This document shows positions 42,337-52,949 of a stretch of DNA of 56,951 nucleotides, one piece after another. The notes under the pieces are model-generated. The model was not told the origin of the DNA, made no database searches, and was given only the letters and a program-made list of their open reading frames with translations. Each line of letters opens with the position of its first letter. The first letter of the stretch is position 1. The stretch is from contig CAMEIU010000001.1 of assembly GCA_945918815.1 (NCBI GenBank), positions 1 to 56,951 on the forward strand, read 5' to 3'. The DNA comes from an uncultured Clostridia bacterium (GTDB lineage: Bacteria; Bacillota; Clostridia; Oscillospirales; Oscillospiraceae). The translations under genes and the position numbers were made by a program.

Positions 42337-43293
42337 ATGAACCATTTTCTCGCCTTATTACTGGGTTTTCTCATCGACCTGCTGCTCGGCGATCCCCGTT
42401 GGCTGCCCCACCCGGTCCAGGGCATGGGCTGGCTGATTACCAAACTGGAGCCGGGACTGCGGAACATCTTCCCCAAATCCAACCGGGGCCTGCTCTGGGC
42501 GGGCGTGCTGCTGGTGATCCTGGTCGTGGGGCTGACGGGCCTCTGCACAGGCTTGGCCCTGTGGCTCTGCGGCCTGGTCCATCCGGTTTTGCAATTCGCG
42601 GTGGAAGGGATCATCTGCTGGCAGATTCTCGCCACAAAATCCCTGCGGACCGAGAGCATGAAGGTGGTCCATGCATTGGAGAACGGCACCCTGGACGACG
42701 GCCGCAAAGCCGTGTCCATGATTGTGGGCCGGGATACAGAGCAGCTGACCGAGGAAGAGGTCCTGGCCGCCGCCGTGGAGACCGTGGCGGAGAACGCCTC
42801 CGACGGGATTTTGGCCCCCCTACTCTGGGCGGCGTTCCTGGGACCGGTGGGAGGCATGTGCTATAAGGCCGTCAACACCATGGATTCCATGGTGGGCTAC
42901 AAAAACGACCGGTATCGCTACTTCGGCCGGGCGGCGGCCATGCTGGACGACGTCTGCAATTTCCTTCCGGCCCGTATCTCCGGCTTCCTCATGTGTCTGG
43001 CAGCCTGCCTGAGCTTCGACGGCAAAGCCGCGTTTCGGATTTTCTTCCGGGACCGGAAGAACCACAAATCTCCCAACTCCGCCCACACCGAGGCCGCCTG
43101 CGCCGGGGCTCTGGGCCTGCAGTTGGGCGGCACCCACCTGTATTTCGGCAAGCCTGTGGAAAAGCCCACCATCGGCGACCCGGTGCGGAACATCGAGCGG
43201 GCCGACGTGAAGCGGGCCAACAATCTGGCCTTGGACACGGCCCTCCTGGCCATGCTGATTTTTGACGTGATACCACTGCTGATCTTCCACTGA
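42337..43293 (+). CDS. cbiB: Adenosylcobinamide-phosphate synthase
   Basis: LLLGDPRWLPHPVQGMG...VGRDT...NASDG...MDSMVGYKN...SPNSAHTEAA. Confidence 0.9.
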   Translation: MNHFLALLLGFLIDLLLGDPRWLPHPVQGMGWLITKLEPGLRNIFPKSNRGLLWAGVLLVILVVGLTGLCTGLALWLCGLVHPVLQFAVEGIICWQILATKSLRTESMKVVHALENGTLDDGRKAVSMIVGRDTEQLTEEEVLAAAVETVAENASDGILAPLLWAAFLGPVGGMCYKAVNTMDSMVGYKNDRYRYFGRAAAMLDDVCNFLPARISGFLMCLAACLSFDGKAAFRIFFRDRKNHKSPNSAHTEAACAGALGLQLGGTHLYFGKPVEKPTIGDPVRNIERADVKRANNLALDTALLAMLIFDVIPLLIFH

Positions 43294-43300
43294 GAAAAAT

Positions 43301-43444
43301 CCCTCGTGCCCCCTGTCAGGGGGCTCCGCGAAGCGGTGGGGGTTGTCGCAAGTTTGCAATTGTACTGTGGTTCGGTAAAATTACTTGTCGGTACACCCCC
43401 CTGCCTCGCAGGCTCGGCAGCCCCCTGATAGGGGGCACGAGGGG
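43301..43444. repeat. Family-B long palindromic element
   Basis: ccctcgtgccccctgtcagggggc...gggggttgtcgcaagtttgcaattgta...ggtaaaatt...gggggcacgagggg. Confidence 0.88.
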
Positions 43445-43463
43445 CTTGTATTTTGGAGGCTTT

Positions 43464-44510
43464 ATGATTTCAATCCACGGCGGAGACCTGGTTTCCGCAA
43501 AGGAAGTTTATCAAGGAGAGATTCTGGACCTCTCCGTCAATCTGAATCCCCTTGGTCCGCCGCCGGAGGTCCGCGCGGCGGTGGCAGCCGTATCCCTGAC
43601 CCAGTACCCGGATCCGGCGTGCCGGGCCTTGCGGCGGGCCATTGCCCGGCGGGACGGCGTGGACCCGGCGCAGGTCTTCTGCGGAAACGGCGCGGCGGAG
43701 GTCATCTTCCGGCTGGCGCTGGCCCTGCGGCCCCGGTCGGCGCTGCTGACGGCTCCGACCTTTTCCGAATATGAGGCGGCCCTGACCCAGGTGGGCTGCG
43801 CCTGCCGGTTCCATCCCCTGCATCCGGCGCAGAACTTCGACGTGACGGAGACAATTCTGGAGGACATCCGGCCGGATGTGGACCTGGTCATGCTCTGCAA
43901 CCCCAATAATCCCACGGGACGGCTGATTTCGGAGAATCTGCTGCTCCAAATCCTGGCCCGGTGCGAGGAAGCGGGGGCCGTGCTGGCGGTGGACGAGTGC
44001 TTCCTGCCGCTGGCCCAGGCCGGTCCCGGGCTTGCGCCGTACCTGAAGGACCATCCGAAGCTCTTTTTGCTGCGGGCCTTCACCAAGGCCTATGCCGTCC
44101 CCGGCCTGCGGCTGGGCTACGGCCTCTGCGCCCCGGAGCTGGCGGCGCAGTTGGCGGCCTGGGGCCCCTGTTGGAATGTGTCCGGCCCGGCCCAGGCGGC
44201 GGGGCTTGCCTGCTGTGAAAAGACCGGCTGGGCAGAGCAGGGGCGGGAACGGATCATGGCCTTGCGGCCTGCGCTCCTGGAGGGCCTGGAGGCACTGGGC
44301 TGCCAGGTGATCCCGGGACAGGCCAACTATCTGCTGTTCCGGCTGCCTGGCGTCCCGGATTTGAAGGACCGGCTGCTCCGGCGTGGCATCCTGATCCGAA
44401 GCTGCGCCAACTACCGGGGCCTGGGGCCCGACTGGTACCGGGTGGCGGTGGGGCAGAAATCGGAAAACGAACGGCTTTTAGCGGAATTGCGAAACAGTTT
44501 GGAGGCGTGA
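43464..44510 (+). CDS. cobD: Threonine-phosphate decarboxylase (class I/II aminotransferase fold)
   Basis: HGGD...[12 protein letters not shown]...YPDP...NPNNPTG...[14 protein letters not shown]. Confidence 0.85.
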   Translation: MISIHGGDLVSAKEVYQGEILDLSVNLNPLGPPPEVRAAVAAVSLTQYPDPACRALRRAIARRDGVDPAQVFCGNGAAEVIFRLALALRPRSALLTAPTFSEYEAALTQVGCACRFHPLHPAQNFDVTETILEDIRPDVDLVMLCNPNNPTGRLISENLLLQILARCEEAGAVLAVDECFLPLAQAGPGLAPYLKDHPKLFLLRAFTKAYAVPGLRLGYGLCAPELAAQLAAWGPCWNVSGPAQAAGLACCEKTGWAEQGRERIMALRPALLEGLEALGCQVIPGQANYLLFRLPGVPDLKDRLLRRGILIRSCANYRGLGPDWYRVAVGQKSENERLLAELRNSLEA

Positions 44511-44511
44511 C

Positions 44512-46002
44512 ATGGCAAAATCCATCATGGTGCTTGGCACCACATCCAACGCCGGAAAGAGCTTCCTGGCGGCGGCTCTGTGCCGGATTTTCAAACAGGA
44601 CGGCCATTCCGTGGCTCCGTTCAAGTCTCAGAACATGGCCCTCAACTCCTTCATCACCGCCGAGGGCCTGGAGATGGGTCGCGCCCAGGTCATGCAGGCC
44701 GAGGCGGCGGGCATCGAGCCCAGCGTGAAAATGAACCCCATCCTGTTGAAGCCCACCAACGACGTGGGCTCCCAGGTCATCGTTAACGGCGAGGTCCGGG
44801 GAATCATGAAGGCCCGGGACTATTTCGCCATGAAAAAGCAGCTGATTCCCGATATCCTGGCCGCCTACAACGATCTGGCCTCCGCCCACGACATCATGGT
44901 CCTGGAGGGAGCGGGCAGCCCGGCGGAGATCAATTTAAAGCAGGACGACATTGTCAACATGGGCATGGCGAAGCTGGCAAACGCCCCGGTGCTGCTGTGC
45001 GCCGACATTGACAAGGGCGGCGTCTTCGCCTCCCTCTATGGCACCGTGGCCCTGGTGGAGCCGGAGGAGCGGGAGAGAATCAAGGGATTGATCATCAACA
45101 ACTTCCGGGGGGACAAGACCATTCTGGACCCGGGCGTCAAGATGCTGGAGGACCTGACGGGCATCCCCGTGGTGGGCGTGGTGCCCCATTTACAGGTGGA
45201 CCTGGACGACGAGGATTCTCTCACGGACCGGTTCACCCGGCAGGCCAAAAAGGGCCTGGTGGACGTGGCGGTGGTGCGGCTGCCCAGAATCTCCAACTTC
45301 ACGGACTTCAATTCCCTGGACCGGATGCAGGAGGTGTCCCTCCGGTATGTTTCCTCCGCCGGCGATTTGGGCAATCCCGACGCGGTGATTTTACCCGGCA
45401 CCAAGAATACCATGGACGACCTGAGATGGCTCAGGCAGAGCGGCCTGGAGGCGGCCATTTTGAAGCACGCGGCCCGGGGCGGCGCGGTGGTGGGAATCTG
45501 CGGCGGCTATCAGATGCTCTGCCGCTCTATCTCCGATCCCACCGGAGCCGAGACCGGCGGCGCGCTGCGGGGCATGGGCCTGCTGGACGCCGACACGGTG
45601 TTCTTAGGGGAAAAGGAACGGACCCGGGTCACGGGAACCGTACAGAATGCCCGGGGCATCTTTGAGGACCTGAACGGCGCATCTTTTGAAGGCTATGAGA
45701 TCCACATGGGCCGGACCGCCGGAAAGACCGACTGGGCCTTGCTGGACCAGAACGGAACCCGAAAGCCCGACGGCATGGCCCGGGACAACGTCTGGGGCAG
45801 CTATGTCCACGGCATTTTCGACCAGGGCGGCTTCGCCCAGGCCTTTGTCTCCTGTCTGTTGAAGGCCAAGGGCTTGGACCCGGCCCAGGGCGTGGAGGAC
45901 TGGACCGACTACAAGGAGCGGCAGTATGACCTGCTGGCCGACGGCGTCCGGGCCGCGTTGGATATGGAAAAAATCTATGAAATCCTGGAGGGACAGCGAT
46001 GA
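44512..46002 (+). CDS. cobQ: Cobyric acid synthase
   Basis: [12 protein letters not shown]...[11 protein letters not shown]...C-terminal GATase with ICGGYQML. Confidence 0.92.
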   Translation: MAKSIMVLGTTSNAGKSFLAAALCRIFKQDGHSVAPFKSQNMALNSFITAEGLEMGRAQVMQAEAAGIEPSVKMNPILLKPTNDVGSQVIVNGEVRGIMKARDYFAMKKQLIPDILAAYNDLASAHDIMVLEGAGSPAEINLKQDDIVNMGMAKLANAPVLLCADIDKGGVFASLYGTVALVEPEERERIKGLIINNFRGDKTILDPGVKMLEDLTGIPVVGVVPHLQVDLDDEDSLTDRFTRQAKKGLVDVAVVRLPRISNFTDFNSLDRMQEVSLRYVSSAGDLGNPDAVILPGTKNTMDDLRWLRQSGLEAAILKHAARGGAVVGICGGYQMLCRSISDPTGAETGGALRGMGLLDADTVFLGEKERTRVTGTVQNARGIFEDLNGASFEGYEIHMGRTAGKTDWALLDQNGTRKPDGMARDNVWGSYVHGIFDQGGFAQAFVSCLLKAKGLDPAQGVEDWTDYKERQYDLLADGVRAALDMEKIYEILEGQR

Positions 46003-46646
46003 GCGTGGAATTGCAGAGAGTGGCCCCCGCCGACATTGAGGCGCGGCGCATGGAGATCATCCAGCAGGAGCTGGGCGGCCGGGTCCTGCTGGAGGAAAAC
46101 AAGGCCGTGATCCTGCGGGCCATCCACACCACAGCGGATTTCGACTATGCCGATAATCTGGTGTTCTCCCCCGGGGCCGTGGCCAAAGGCGTGGCGGCGT
46201 TCCAGGCCGGGGCGGACATCGTCACCGACACCACCATGGCCATGTCCGGCATCAACAAGCGGGTCCTGGGAAAGTTCGGCGGCCAGGTGCACAACTTTAT
46301 CGCCGACCCGGCTGTGGCCGCCGCGGCCAAGGAACGGGGCGTCACCCGGGCCACGGTCAGCATGGAGCGGGCGGCGGAGATGGGCAAGCATCTGGTCTAC
46401 GCCATCGGCAACGCGCCCACAGCCCTGGTGCGGCTCTATGAGCTGTGGCAGGAAGGAAAGCTGCCGGAACCGGCTCTGGTCATCGGCGTGCCTGTGGGCT
46501 TCGTCAACGTGGTGGAATCCAAGGAGCTGATGCTCACCATGGACGCGCCCCACATCGTGGCCCGGGGCCGCAAGGGCGGCAGCAACGTGGCCGCCGCCAT
46601 CTGCAACGCCCTTTTGTACACCGCATCCCAGAATGAAAGAGAGTAA
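45999..46646 (+). CDS. cbiC: Cobalt-precorrin-8 methylmutase
   Basis: [11 protein letters not shown]...IGNAPTAL...GVPVGFVNV...[12 protein letters not shown]. Confidence 0.9.
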   Translation: MSVELQRVAPADIEARRMEIIQQELGGRVLLEENKAVILRAIHTTADFDYADNLVFSPGAVAKGVAAFQAGADIVTDTTMAMSGINKRVLGKFGGQVHNFIADPAVAAAAKERGVTRATVSMERAAEMGKHLVYAIGNAPTALVRLYELWQEGKLPEPALVIGVPVGFVNVVESKELMLTMDAPHIVARGRKGGSNVAAAICNALLYTASQNERE

Positions 46647-46652
46647 ACACCT

Positions 46653-48116
46653 ATGAAACAAGCGATTTTGGCCGTGTCCTTCGGCACCACCTATCCCGAC
46701 ACCCTGGAGCGGACCATCGCCGCCACGGAGCGGGCTCTGGCCGCTGCCTATCCCGGTTGGGAGGTGCGGAGAGCCTTCACCAGCGGCATGATTCTCAAAA
46801 AGCTCCGGGAACGGGACGGCCTGGAGATCGACAACGTGGCCCAGGCCCTGGACCGGCTGGAGGCCGAGGGCTTCACCCATGTGGCGGTCCAGTCCACCCA
46901 TGTGATGCACGGCGAGGAATATGAAAAGATGCTCTCCCAGCTCTCGCCCTACCGGCTTCGGATGCGGATCTCCGTGGGCGCGCCGCTGCTCCATGGGGAG
47001 GAGGACTATGAAGCCGTGGCGGACGCCCTCCTGAACTGGCTGCCCATGCCGGAGCAGGACGAGGCCCTGGTGTTCATGGGCCACGGCACGGTCCACTATG
47101 CCAACGCGGCCTACGCCCAGATGGAGCATATGCTCCGGGCCAGAAACGACCGGATCTATTTTGCCACGGTGGAGGGCTATCCCACCTTAGAATCTGTGAA
47201 ACGCCAGCTTTCCGCAAGGCCGGAGATTCGGAAGGTCCTGCTGACCCCGTTTATGCTGGTGGCCGGGGACCATGCCCGCAATGACATGGCCGGAAGCGAC
47301 GATTCCTGGAAAACGGAATTGGAGGCCGCGGGCTACGAGGTCCGCTGCCTGCTCCAGGGCCTGGGCCAGTGCCCGGCCATTCAGAATTTGTTCGTCCGCC
47401 ACTGCGGCGAGGCCATGGCGCAGCTGCCCAAGGGCGGCAAGCTCTGGGGCGTGGGTGTGGGCCCCGGCGACCCGGAGCTGCTGACCCTGAAAGCTGTCCG
47501 GGTCCTGCGGGAGGCGGATGTGGTGGCGGTCCCCGACAGCGGTAAGGCCGATAAGACGGCCATGCAGATCGCGGCGGCGTATCTCGAAGGGAAGGAGCTG
47601 TTCTACGCCGCGGCTCCCATGGTCCGGGACAAAGACGTGCTGGAACAGGCCTATACGGACAACGCGGACAAGATCTGCGCCCTGCTGGACCAGGGCAAGC
47701 AGGTGGCGTTCATCACCCTGGGCGACCCCACGGTCTATTCCACCTATCTCTACACCCACAAAAAGGTCCTGACCCGGGGCTACGAGGCCGAGATCGTGTC
47801 GGGCATTCCCTCCTTCTGCGCCGCGGCGGCACGGCTGAACCGGGCCCTCTGCGAGGGCGCCGAGCCGCTGCTGATTCTCCCGGCCTCCCACGGCCAGGAG
47901 GCCCTGCTGGACATCCCGGCCAACAAGGTGTTTATGAAAGCGGGCCGCTCCATTCTGGACTTGCAGGAGCAGCTCCGGCAGCGGGGCCAGCTGGACGGGG
48001 CTGCCATGGTGGAGAACTGCGGGCTGCCCGGCGAGCGGGTCTATGCGCATTTTGCGGATTTGAAGGAGCCCTCCGGCTATTTCTCTCTGGTCATCGCCAA
48101 AGGAGGAGAACAATGA
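46653..48116 (+). CDS. cbiKL: Fusion: sirohydrochlorin cobaltochelatase (CbiK) + cobalt-factor II C20-methyltransferase (CbiL)
   Basis: N-terminal AILAVSFGTTYP...VQSTHVMHGEEY...GHGTVH. C-terminal from about residue 265: LWGVGVGPGDPELLTLKA...ITLGDPTVYST...GIPSF. Confidence 0.85.
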   Translation: MKQAILAVSFGTTYPDTLERTIAATERALAAAYPGWEVRRAFTSGMILKKLRERDGLEIDNVAQALDRLEAEGFTHVAVQSTHVMHGEEYEKMLSQLSPYRLRMRISVGAPLLHGEEDYEAVADALLNWLPMPEQDEALVFMGHGTVHYANAAYAQMEHMLRARNDRIYFATVEGYPTLESVKRQLSARPEIRKVLLTPFMLVAGDHARNDMAGSDDSWKTELEAAGYEVRCLLQGLGQCPAIQNLFVRHCGEAMAQLPKGGKLWGVGVGPGDPELLTLKAVRVLREADVVAVPDSGKADKTAMQIAAAYLEGKELFYAAAPMVRDKDVLEQAYTDNADKICALLDQGKQVAFITLGDPTVYSTYLYTHKKVLTRGYEAEIVSGIPSFCAAAARLNRALCEGAEPLLILPASHGQEALLDIPANKVFMKAGRSILDLQEQLRQRGQLDGAAMVENCGLPGERVYAHFADLKEPSGYFSLVIAKGGEQ

Positions 48117-49531
48117 GCCTTGTCATGTCTGGCCTGGACTACCTGCGGGCCCCCCTGGACCTCCGGCAGCGGCTGGCCTTTTCCAAATCGGAGGTCTCCA
48201 AACTCCTTGCCTGGCTCCAGAGCCAGCCCGGCGTGCGGGGCTGCGTGCTGCTGTCCACCTGCAACCGGACGGAGCTGTATCTGAGCGGCGAGGCCGAGAG
48301 TCCCTGGCGGCTTTTGTGCCGCGGCGCGGAGGTGCCGGAGGACGAGATGGAGTCCGCTTTCGTGACCCGCGCCGGCTCCGACGCGGCCCGGCATCTGATG
48401 GAGGTGGCCTGCGGCCTCCGCTCCCAGATCTTAGGCGACGACCAGATCGTCACCCAGGTCCGAATGGCCATGGAGCTTGCCCAGGAAGCCAAAACTGCGG
48501 ACCCGGCCCTGTCGGCTCTGTTCCGGCTGGCGGTCACCGCCGGAAAGCGGGCCAGGACCGAGGTCCACATTGCCCGGGGCGTGCCCTCCATGGGGACCCG
48601 CTGTCGGGAGATTCTGGAACAGGAACTGGGGAGCCTGGACGGGACCCGGATTCTTGTCATCGGCAACGGCCAGATGGGCCGTCTGGCGGCGGAGCTGCTG
48701 CACCAGGCCGGGGCGAAGGTCTCCGTGACCCTGCGGACCTACCGCCACGGGGAGACTGTGGTCCCGGCGGGCTGCGCCACGGTGCCCTATGAGGACCGGC
48801 TGGAAGCCCTGGAGGCCATGGACGCCGTGGTGTCCGCCACCACCAGTCCCCACTATACGTTGACCGATACCCAGCTGGAATCCCTGCGGAACCGGCCACG
48901 GGTGGCGGTGGATCTGGCGGTGCCCCGGGATATTGACCCGGCCTGCGGCAATCTGCTAAAATACTACGATACCGACGCCCTGGGCGCCTCCGGCCCCGGC
49001 AGTGAGGAGGAGCTGGCCCGGCTCAAGGCCATTGCCGGGGAGGAACTGGAGCAGTTCCTCCAGTGGCAGCGGCGGCAGGCGGCTCCGGCCCGGACGCCGC
49101 GGTTCCCCCTGTTTGTGGACCTCCGCGGGAAACGGGTGGTGCTGGTGGGCGGCGGGACCATCGCGTCCCGGCGCATCGGCACCCTGAAGCAGTTCGGCTG
49201 TGAGGTCGTGGTGATTGCGCCGGAGCTGAAAGCCAAGGCCGAGGGCCTGACCTGGCTCCAAAGAACGTATGCACCCGGCGATCTGGACGGCGCGTTCCTG
49301 GCCATCGCCGCCACCGATGACCGGCAGGTGAACCATCAGGTCGGTGAGGACGCCAAGGCCCTGGGCATTCCCGTCAGCGTGGCCGACTGCGAGGCCGAAT
49401 GCAGCTTTTACTTCCCGGCCATCTGCACCGGCGAGGACCTGGTGGCCGGTGTGGTCTCCACGGGAAAGGACCACCACAAGACGGCCCGGGCCGCCAAGGC
49501 CATCCGCCGTGCCATGGAGGAATTGGAATGA
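48113..49531 (+). CDS. hemA: Fusion: glutamyl-tRNA reductase (HemA) + precorrin-2 dehydrogenase/SirC-like domain
   Basis: N-terminal LSTCNRTELY, GDDQIVTQV, VIGNGQMG. From about residue 327: FPLFVDLRGKRVVLVGGGTIASRRI...AATDDRQVN. Confidence 0.85.
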   Translation: MSLVMSGLDYLRAPLDLRQRLAFSKSEVSKLLAWLQSQPGVRGCVLLSTCNRTELYLSGEAESPWRLLCRGAEVPEDEMESAFVTRAGSDAARHLMEVACGLRSQILGDDQIVTQVRMAMELAQEAKTADPALSALFRLAVTAGKRARTEVHIARGVPSMGTRCREILEQELGSLDGTRILVIGNGQMGRLAAELLHQAGAKVSVTLRTYRHGETVVPAGCATVPYEDRLEALEAMDAVVSATTSPHYTLTDTQLESLRNRPRVAVDLAVPRDIDPACGNLLKYYDTDALGASGPGSEEELARLKAIAGEELEQFLQWQRRQAAPARTPRFPLFVDLRGKRVVLVGGGTIASRRIGTLKQFGCEVVVIAPELKAKAEGLTWLQRTYAPGDLDGAFLAIAATDDRQVNHQVGEDAKALGIPVSVADCEAECSFYFPAICTGEDLVAGVVSTGKDHHKTARAAKAIRRAMEELE

Positions 49532-50397
49532 AAATTCGAATCGGAAGCCGGGAGAGCAAGCTGGCGGTGATTCAAAGTGAACTGGTCATGGAGGCCATCC
49601 GCCGGGCAGAGCCGGACGCGGAGCTGGAACTGGTGACCATGAAGACCACCGGCGACAAAATCCTGGACAAGACCCTGGATCAGATCGGCGGCAAGGGCTT
49701 GTTTGTCAAGGAGCTGGACCAGGCCTTGCGGGACGGCCGGGCGGATTTCACGGTCCATTCTTTGAAGGACATGCCCATGGAGCTTCCGCCGGATCTGCCG
49801 CTGGCGGCCTTCTCCAAGCGGGCGGACCCGCGGGATGCGCTGGTGCTGCCGGAAGGCGTCACAGAACTGGACCCGGAGAAGCCCATCGGCTGCTCCTCCC
49901 GCAGAAGGCAGCTGCAATTGCAGGCCCTGTTCCCGGAGATGGCAGTGAAGCCGGTCCGGGGCAACGTCCAGACCCGGCTTCGGAAGCTCCAGGAGGGAGA
50001 ATATTCCGCCCTGGTCCTGGCGGCGGCAGGCCTCAAACGACTGGGCCTGGAAGACCGGATCACCCGGGTTTTCTCCGTGGAGGAAATGCTGCCCGCCGCG
50101 GGCCAGGGAATTCTGGCGGTCCAGACCAGAGCGGGGATGGACTGCGGCTGCCTCCGGGCGGTCCACGATCCCGACACCGCCTGCTGCGCCCTGGCGGAGC
50201 GGGCCTTTGTCCGCGCCTTGAACGGCGGCTGCTCCTCCCCCGTGGCGGCTTATGCCGAAGTGACGGGAGAGAAGTTGATCCTGACCGGCCTCTACGTCAG
50301 CGAGGACGAGACCGTTATCCGCAAAGGCAGCCTGACCGGAAACAAAAAAGACGCAGAAAAGCTGGGAAGCCAGCTGGCATCCCAATTAAAAGAATAA
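49528..50397 (+). CDS. hemC: Hydroxymethylbilane synthase
   Basis: MKIRIGSRESKLAVIQ...TTGDKILD...GGKGLFVKELD...NGGCSSPVAA. ATGA overlap with hemA. Confidence 0.93.
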   Translation: MKIRIGSRESKLAVIQSELVMEAIRRAEPDAELELVTMKTTGDKILDKTLDQIGGKGLFVKELDQALRDGRADFTVHSLKDMPMELPPDLPLAAFSKRADPRDALVLPEGVTELDPEKPIGCSSRRRQLQLQALFPEMAVKPVRGNVQTRLRKLQEGEYSALVLAAAGLKRLGLEDRITRVFSVEEMLPAAGQGILAVQTRAGMDCGCLRAVHDPDTACCALAERAFVRALNGGCSSPVAAYAEVTGEKLILTGLYVSEDETVIRKGSLTGNKKDAEKLGSQLASQLKE

Positions 50398-50463
50398 CCC
50401 CTCGTGCTCCCTTCGAGGGGGCTGCCCCGTAGGGGCGGCTAATAGCCGCCCCTACGAAGGCGC
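50397..50463. repeat. Family-D hairpins (two modules)
   Basis: cccctcgtgctcccttcgagggggc + gtaggggcggctaatagccgcccctac. Confidence 0.8.
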
Positions 50464-50485
50464 ATACGATGAATGGAGGTCTGCC

Positions 50486-51961
50486 ATGACCGGCAATGTG
50501 ATATTAGTGGGTGCGGGGCCCGGGGATCCGGGCCTGCTGACCCAAAAGGGCCGCTGGGCCCTGTTCCAGGCGGAGACCGTGGTCTATGACCGCCTGGTCA
50601 GTCCCGCCATCCTGGCCCTGATCCCGGAGAACGCCGAGAAGATCAACGTGGGCAAGGAGGCGGGCCATCATCCGGTGCCCCAGGATCAAATCAATCAGAT
50701 TCTCCTGGACAAGGCGCTGGAAGGGAAGCGGGTGGTGCGGCTCAAGGGCGGCGACCCGTTCCTGTTCGGCCGCGGCGGCGAGGAACTGGAGCTGTTGGAG
50801 GCCCATGGGGTCCCGTTCCAGGTGGTTCCCGGCGTCACGTCGGCACTGGCGGCTCCGGCCTATGCCGGAATTCCCGTGACCCACCGAGACTGCTGTTCCT
50901 CTCTGCATATCATCACCGGCCACGCCAAGGCCGGGGCCACCACCCATATCGACTATGACGCCCTCCGCCGCACTGGCGGCACCTTGGTGTTCCTCATGGG
51001 CCTGTCGGCTCTGGAATCCATCTGCCAGGGGTTGCTGGATGCCGGGATGGAGCCGGACATACCCGCCGCCGTGGTGGAAAAGGGCAGCCTGCCCACCCAG
51101 CGGAAGGTGATCTCCACGTTGGAGAAGCTGCCCCAAATGGCGGCGGCCGCCCAATTGGAAAGCCCGGCCATCATCGTGGTGGGCCGGGTCTGCGCCCTGT
51201 CGGACCGGTTCGATTGGTTTGACAGCCTGCCTTTGAAGGGCCGGACCGTGGTGGTGACCCGGCCCGCCGGGCGGAGCGGGACCCTGTCCGAGAGCCTGCG
51301 GCGGCTGGGGGCTGATGTGGTGGAATTCCCCTGTATCCGCACGGTCCCCCGGAACCCCTGCCCCGAGCTGGACGGCGCCATCCGCCGTCTGGACGAATAC
51401 CGCTGGCTGGTGTTCACCAGTCCCGTGGGACCGAAGCTGCTCTTTGAGCGGCTGCTGGCATTGGGCAAGGACGCCCGGGCCCTGGCCAACGTGAAGCTGG
51501 CGGCCATCGGACCCAAGACTGCCGAAGCCCTGCATCCCTATGGGCTGCGGGCGGATCTGGTGCCGCGGACCTACGATTCCGACCATCTGGCCCAGGCCAT
51601 GGAGACTGTGGAGGGACCGGTGCTGCTGTGCCGGGCATCCGAGGGCAGCCGCGCTTTGCCGGAGATTTTTTCCAAGAAGGGGATACCGTTTTTGGATGTT
51701 CCGTGTTACGATACGGTATACGAGACCCCCGATCCGGCCCCGGTCCGGGCTCTGCTGGAACAGCCCTTGCTGGTGACCTTCACCAGCGCCTCTACGGTCC
51801 GCGGCTTTGTGGGCAGCCTCCCCGGCGCGGATTTCAGCCGGGTATTGGGCTGCTGCATCGGCGAAAAGACCGCCGCCGAGGCCAGGAAGCACGGGATCCC
51901 GGTCATGGTGGCCAAGGAAGCCACCATGGAATCGCTGATTGAATGTATCAAGGAAGTGTGA
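50486..51961 (+). CDS. cobA/hemD: Fusion: uroporphyrinogen-III C-methyltransferase + uroporphyrinogen-III synthase
   Basis: N-terminal LVGAGPGDPGLLT...RLKGGDPFLFGRGGEE...VPGVTSA. C-terminal HemD-like half from about residue 250. Confidence 0.9.
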   Translation: MTGNVILVGAGPGDPGLLTQKGRWALFQAETVVYDRLVSPAILALIPENAEKINVGKEAGHHPVPQDQINQILLDKALEGKRVVRLKGGDPFLFGRGGEELELLEAHGVPFQVVPGVTSALAAPAYAGIPVTHRDCCSSLHIITGHAKAGATTHIDYDALRRTGGTLVFLMGLSALESICQGLLDAGMEPDIPAAVVEKGSLPTQRKVISTLEKLPQMAAAAQLESPAIIVVGRVCALSDRFDWFDSLPLKGRTVVVTRPAGRSGTLSESLRRLGADVVEFPCIRTVPRNPCPELDGAIRRLDEYRWLVFTSPVGPKLLFERLLALGKDARALANVKLAAIGPKTAEALHPYGLRADLVPRTYDSDHLAQAMETVEGPVLLCRASEGSRALPEIFSKKGIPFLDVPCYDTVYETPDPAPVRALLEQPLLVTFTSASTVRGFVGSLPGADFSRVLGCCIGEKTAAEARKHGIPVMVAKEATMESLIECIKEV

Positions 51962-51965
51962 AGCA

Positions 51966-52949
51966 ATGGAAATGACCATTCGTCCCCGCAGGCTTCGGAC
52001 CTGTGACAGCCTGCGCCGCATGGTGCGGGAGACCCGGGTGTCCCCGGAAAGCCTGATCTACCCTCTGTTCCTCATCGAGGGTGAAAATATCAAGGAGCCC
52101 ATTCCCTCTCTGGACGGCCAGTGGCGGTATTCGCCGGACCGGGTCTGTGAAGAGATCGAGGCATGCCTGAAAGCCGGGGTCAGCCGGGTGCTGCTCTTCG
52201 GCATCCCCGCCCACAAGGACGCCTGCGGTTCCTCCGCCTGGGATCCCAACGGCGTGGTCCAGCAGGGCATCCGGGCCATCAAGGCCAAATATCCCGATTT
52301 TTATGTGATCACCGACGTGTGTATGTGCGAGTACACGGACCACGGCCACTGCGGCATCCTCCACGACCATGCCGTGGACAACGACAAGACCTTGGAGGTC
52401 CTGGCGAAGACGGCCCTGTCCCATGTGCAGGCCGGGGCCGACATGGTGGCCCCCTCCGATATGATGGACGGCCGTGTCGCCGCCATCCGGGAAATTCTCG
52501 ACGAAAACGGCTTTGAGACCGTGCCCATCATGTCCTACTCCGCCAAGTACGCCTCCGCCTTCTACGGTCCCTTCCGCGACGCCGCCGGGTCCGCCCCGGC
52601 CTTCGGCGACCGCAAGGGCTATCAGATGGATCCCCACAACCGCAAGGAGGCCATGAAGGAGTGCGCCCTGGACGTGGAGGAAGGGGCCGATATCCTCATG
52701 GTGAAGCCGGCTCTCAGCTACCTGGACATCATCCGGGAATGCTCCGACGCCTTCGACCTGCCCATGGCGGCCTACTCCGTCAGCGGCGAGTACGCCATGA
52801 TCAAGGCCGCCGGTGCCGCGGGCCTCATCGACGAGTACCGGGTCATGTGCGAGAGCGCATTGTCCATCTACCGGGCGGGCGCGGATATCCTCATCACCTA
52901 TTTTGCCAAGGAACTGGCCCAGGCCATGCGGAAGGGAGACTTGGGATAA
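51966..52949 (+). CDS. hemB: Porphobilinogen synthase
   Basis: RPRRLR...DVCMCEYTDHGHCG (Zn site)...APSDMMDGRV...SYSAKYAS...VKPAL. Confidence 0.93.
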   Translation: MEMTIRPRRLRTCDSLRRMVRETRVSPESLIYPLFLIEGENIKEPIPSLDGQWRYSPDRVCEEIEACLKAGVSRVLLFGIPAHKDACGSSAWDPNGVVQQGIRAIKAKYPDFYVITDVCMCEYTDHGHCGILHDHAVDNDKTLEVLAKTALSHVQAGADMVAPSDMMDGRVAAIREILDENGFETVPIMSYSAKYASAFYGPFRDAAGSAPAFGDRKGYQMDPHNRKEAMKECALDVEEGADILMVKPALSYLDIIRECSDAFDLPMAAYSVSGEYAMIKAAGAAGLIDEYRVMCESALSIYRAGADILITYFAKELAQAMRKGDLG

